Assembly: GCA_050613775.1 (NCBI GenBank)
Contig: JBODTK010000015.1
Coordinates: 186,001 to 250,000, forward strand
Length of the DNA: 64,000 nucleotides
DNA from: Neocallimastix sp. 'constans'
Taxonomy: Eukaryota
Direction: 5' to 3'
The position numbers and the translations under genes were made by a program. The notes beneath the pieces were generated by a model. It saw only the letters and a list, made by a program, of their open reading frames with translations, was not told the origin of the DNA and made no database searches. How positions within the stretch are numbered: the first letter of the stretch is position 1; every line of letters starts with the position of its first letter. Of this stretch, positions 60,251-64,000 are shown piece after piece.

Positions 60251-62221
60251 GATTAAGTAATAATATAAAAAAAAATATATGAAAAAAATAAAATTAAAAA
60301 CAAAAAATAATTACTTGATAAATTTAGAATTTTATTAATTGTGTTCCTTATCTCTTGAATTACTCTCATCTTTTCTTCAATATCATCCATATCCTGTATA
60401 TTATATTTGATATTAAATAATTTATATTATATTAATTTTTTTTATATTATTGTATTTCTTATATATATATTTGTAAAACTATTAAAAAATTTTTATTAAA
60501 AAAAAAATTATATAGTAATAACCAAATTGTAGAATACATTTTTATATTCAGATTCAAAGAGATTACGATAATTTTCAATATCATTATGTTTTATTTGATG
60601 ATCTCCATTCATATTCTTCGAATGTTTATCGATATCATTTATTAGATCATTATGAAGAGAAGTTTGTTCTAATCCATATCTCAAACTATTTAAATCATCT
60701 AAGAATTTTTTCTTTGTATTTTCTATATAGCTATTATTATTGTTATTATTGAAATTTTCTGATGGATTAGATGAAGCTATTGATGCAGAATCTGAATAAT
60801 TTATTTTATTTTATTTTTATTGATTATATATATATATTTTATTATTTTATATGTAAAGAATATTAATTTTTTTATTTTTTTTATTTTATTTTTATTAGTT
60901 ATTGAAATGAATATATTTGTAAATAATTTTTATATTGTATTAGTTTTAATTTTATAGCAATAATAAAAAAAAAAAACACAAAGATAAAAAGAATTATTAA
61001 TATATATATTTATATATAAATAAAAATATATACCATTATCTATAGAGTAATTATATATATATATATATATATATTTTATTGAATTGATATTCATATAAGA
61101 ACAATTATTAGTTGAATTATTAATAAAATTAGTTAAAGTTTTTTTTTTTTTTTTTATTTATTTTTTATTTTTATTATTACTTTTGTTAAATAAACACATC
61201 TAATATATATATAATAAATCATTTTAATACCATTGTATTTATGACTTAAAGGAACACTATTATAGTTATTATGATTATTTATTATGTTATTTAGACTATC
61301 TTCATTTCCTGAATAATTACTTGAATAATTGTAATTATATGAGCTATAATTTTTGTTTGAATACTTATTTATATCATTATCTTTATGTTTTGTTTTATAA
61401 TTATTATTGGATGTTTTATTTCTACAATGCTTTTCATTATCATTTTTTACTTCCCAATCCCCATTGGAATAAAGAACGACCTGTTCATCTGAATTTGATG
61501 TATTTTTTAAAATTTCATAGAATAGACCATCCACAATTAATGAATTATAATTAGCTTGTAAATTACATATTGGACATTTTTTTATTACAGATGATAGCGT
61601 TAACTGGAAAAATGAATCCGCATCGAAACATTGAGCATGTTTACAATGGTGAAAACGTATTGGTGTTTTTATTCTAGTTCTTGATACCTATATTTGTTTT
61701 ATATATATATATATATATATATATTTTAAATATATTTTAATTTTTTATTATTTTTTATCATTTCATATACATAGTTTAAAAATATATATATATATAAATG
61801 TATATATATTTTATAATTAAAATGAATTTATTAATAATTAAATTTTGACTAAACTTACTGGACATTTTAATGATAATACACATGAAGTTTCAAATATGCC
61901 TGAATTATTATTTGTATCTTTAAATACTATTAAAATATTATAATATATATATATATTTTTTTCAAAAAAAGTTAATATAATATCACTTCATAAAGGTATT
62001 ATTAAACACTTTCGATTGCTCAAATAATAAAAAGAATTTTTATATTAAAAAGTTGCTTTAATTCTTTTTGCAAGGATATAATTAATATACTATTTAATTT
62101 TTTTTTTTTTTATATTTTATTTTATTTTATTTTTTATTTTATATTTTTAATTATTAAATTTTTTAATAATGTAGTATTATCTTAATTTTTTTTAAAAATT
62201 TTTAAAATATTTTATTTTATT

Positions 62222-62257
<36 letters not shown>

Positions 62258-62465
62258 TTCAAAGAATAAAACAAAAAAATAATTAGTTAAAAATAAAAAG
62301 AAATTTATTATTTATTGATAAAGACTTATATCAAAAGTAAAAAAGTAAAAAATAAAATATAATTTTTACATTCATCAATTACTCTATATTTGTTTAAAAA
62401 TCGTAGTTTTTTTAATTTTTTAATTGCTTTTTCTATTTTCTCTTCCATTTTTTTATTTTGTTTCG
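59120..62465 (-). CDS. SP-RING (zf-MIZ) protein, SIZ/PIAS-like SUMO E3 ligase candidate; both ends uncertain
   Basis: Exons ~62465-62370, 61926-61859 and 61687-61231 splice to ETSCVLSLKCPVSRTRIKTPIRFHHCKHAQCFDADSF...KCPICN...LIVDGLFYEIL...GDW. Further phase-compatible exons at 60791-60523, 60393-60315, 59931-59809, 59670-59611 and 59313-59120. Confidence 0.82.
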
Positions 62466-62515
<50 letters not shown>

Positions 62516-63061
62516 CTGTAGAAAAATAATAATAATAATAATTAATTTTTTTTTTTAATAAATAATTAAGAATGAAAATATTAATATTAAATATTAATAT
62601 TTATATATTATTAATTATTATTATAATTATTTTGATATTACTATAATGAATACTTTTTTTTTTTTCCTTAGTAATATATTTATTTAATAGTAATAATAAA
62701 AGAAAAAAGATATTTTTAAATATGAATTTTTTACAGAAAAGATTAAATAATAATTATTAAATATTTCTATAGAAAATAAAAAAATAAGAACTAAAAAATT
62801 TAAAAAATATATAAAAAACAAACTAAAAACTAATCTATTTTGTATGACCCATAAAAAATGAATATGTATTTAATATAATGAATATGTATTAAATAAGTAT
62901 TAAATAGAATTAAATTAAATCAAGTATTAATTAATAAAGTATTAATTAAATAAAGTATGAAATACAGAATGAAATAAAATATGAAATAAAGTAATGAAAT
63001 TATTTAAAAAAAAATTCAATAAAAGATAAAAATTTTCTTAACCAGTTTTTAAATGTAAGAC

Positions 63062-63094
<33 letters not shown>

Positions 63095-63234
63095 AGAAAA
63101 AAAACTTCAAAATAGAAAATTTTATGGGTGACTTTTAATTAAAAAAAAAAATGAATTTAAATTTTTTAAAGATAAATATTTTTAATTAATAAAAAAAAAA
63201 AAAATTATATATATATAAAAATAAAAGATTATTA

Positions 63235-63236
63235 AA

Positions 63237-63272
<36 letters not shown>

Positions 63273-63334
63273 TAATAATAATTAATAATAATGATTAATA
63301 ATTATAATAATAATAATAATGATTAATAATAATG

Positions 63335-63403
<69 letters not shown>

Positions 63404-63690
63404 TAATTATAATAATAATTGTAATAGTAATAATTATAACAATAATTAGTAGTAATAATAATTAATTATAATAATAATTGTAATAGTAATAATTATAACA
63501 ATAATTAGTAGTAATAATAATTAATTATAATAATAACTGTAATAGTAATAATTATAACAATAATTAGTAGTAATAATAATTAATTATAATAATAATTGTA
63601 ATAGTAATAATTATAACAATAATTAGTAGTAATAATAATTAATTATAATAATAATAAATAGATAATAATAATAATTAATAATAATAATAA
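63235..63690. repeat. AAT-rich satellite containing a 59-bp unit x4
   Basis: GTAATAGTAATAATTATAACAATAATTAGTAG recurs at 63421, 63480, 63539 and 63598. Confidence 0.9.
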
Positions 63691-64000
63691 ATAAATAAAG
63701 GATGCATTTATGCATTTCCCAAAATGTGGCTTAAAAAATTTTTAAAAAATAAACATATAAATAAATAAAATAAATAAATAAATAAATAATATTAAATAAT
63801 GATTTAATATTTTTAATAAATAAAAAAAAAATATATAAATGTTAAAAATGTTTTATTATTAACTTCTATCAATTTTAAGTTTTATTTTATTATTAAAATT
63901 TTAATAAAATAAAAAAAACTATGTAATATTAGTATTGATATTAATAATAAAAATAATTATATAATATTGATATTGATATTGATATTGATATTAATAAAAA

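Overview
Extremely AT-rich, intron-rich eukaryotic DNA with GT-AG introns, long homopolymers and microsatellites. Composition and gene content fit an anaerobic gut fungus (Neocallimastigomycota); this is inferred, not shown. The main system is a minus-strand tandem array of four paralogous receptor genes (7.7-39.8 kb). Each fuses a signal peptide and a bacterial-type ABC solute-binding domain to a class C GPCR-like 7TM domain. Copies 2 and 3 are intact 5-exon genes, copy 1 is frameshifted by an 8-bp insertion, and copy 4 is a 5'-truncated mosaic pseudogene. Binding domains diverge while the 7TM exon appears homogenised. The array is flanked by two intronless prokaryote-like genes: a flavodoxin-fold NAD(P)H:quinone oxidoreductase and an SF1 helicase/RecB-type nuclease fusion with a poly-Asn, NLS-like tail. 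It is interleaved with decayed Copia, Mutator and MITE elements, with LINE and Gypsy-like remnants nearby. The right end holds a 14-exon CSN2 gene, an orphan coiled-coil ORF and an SP-RING (zf-MIZ) gene. All exon boundaries were assigned by eye.
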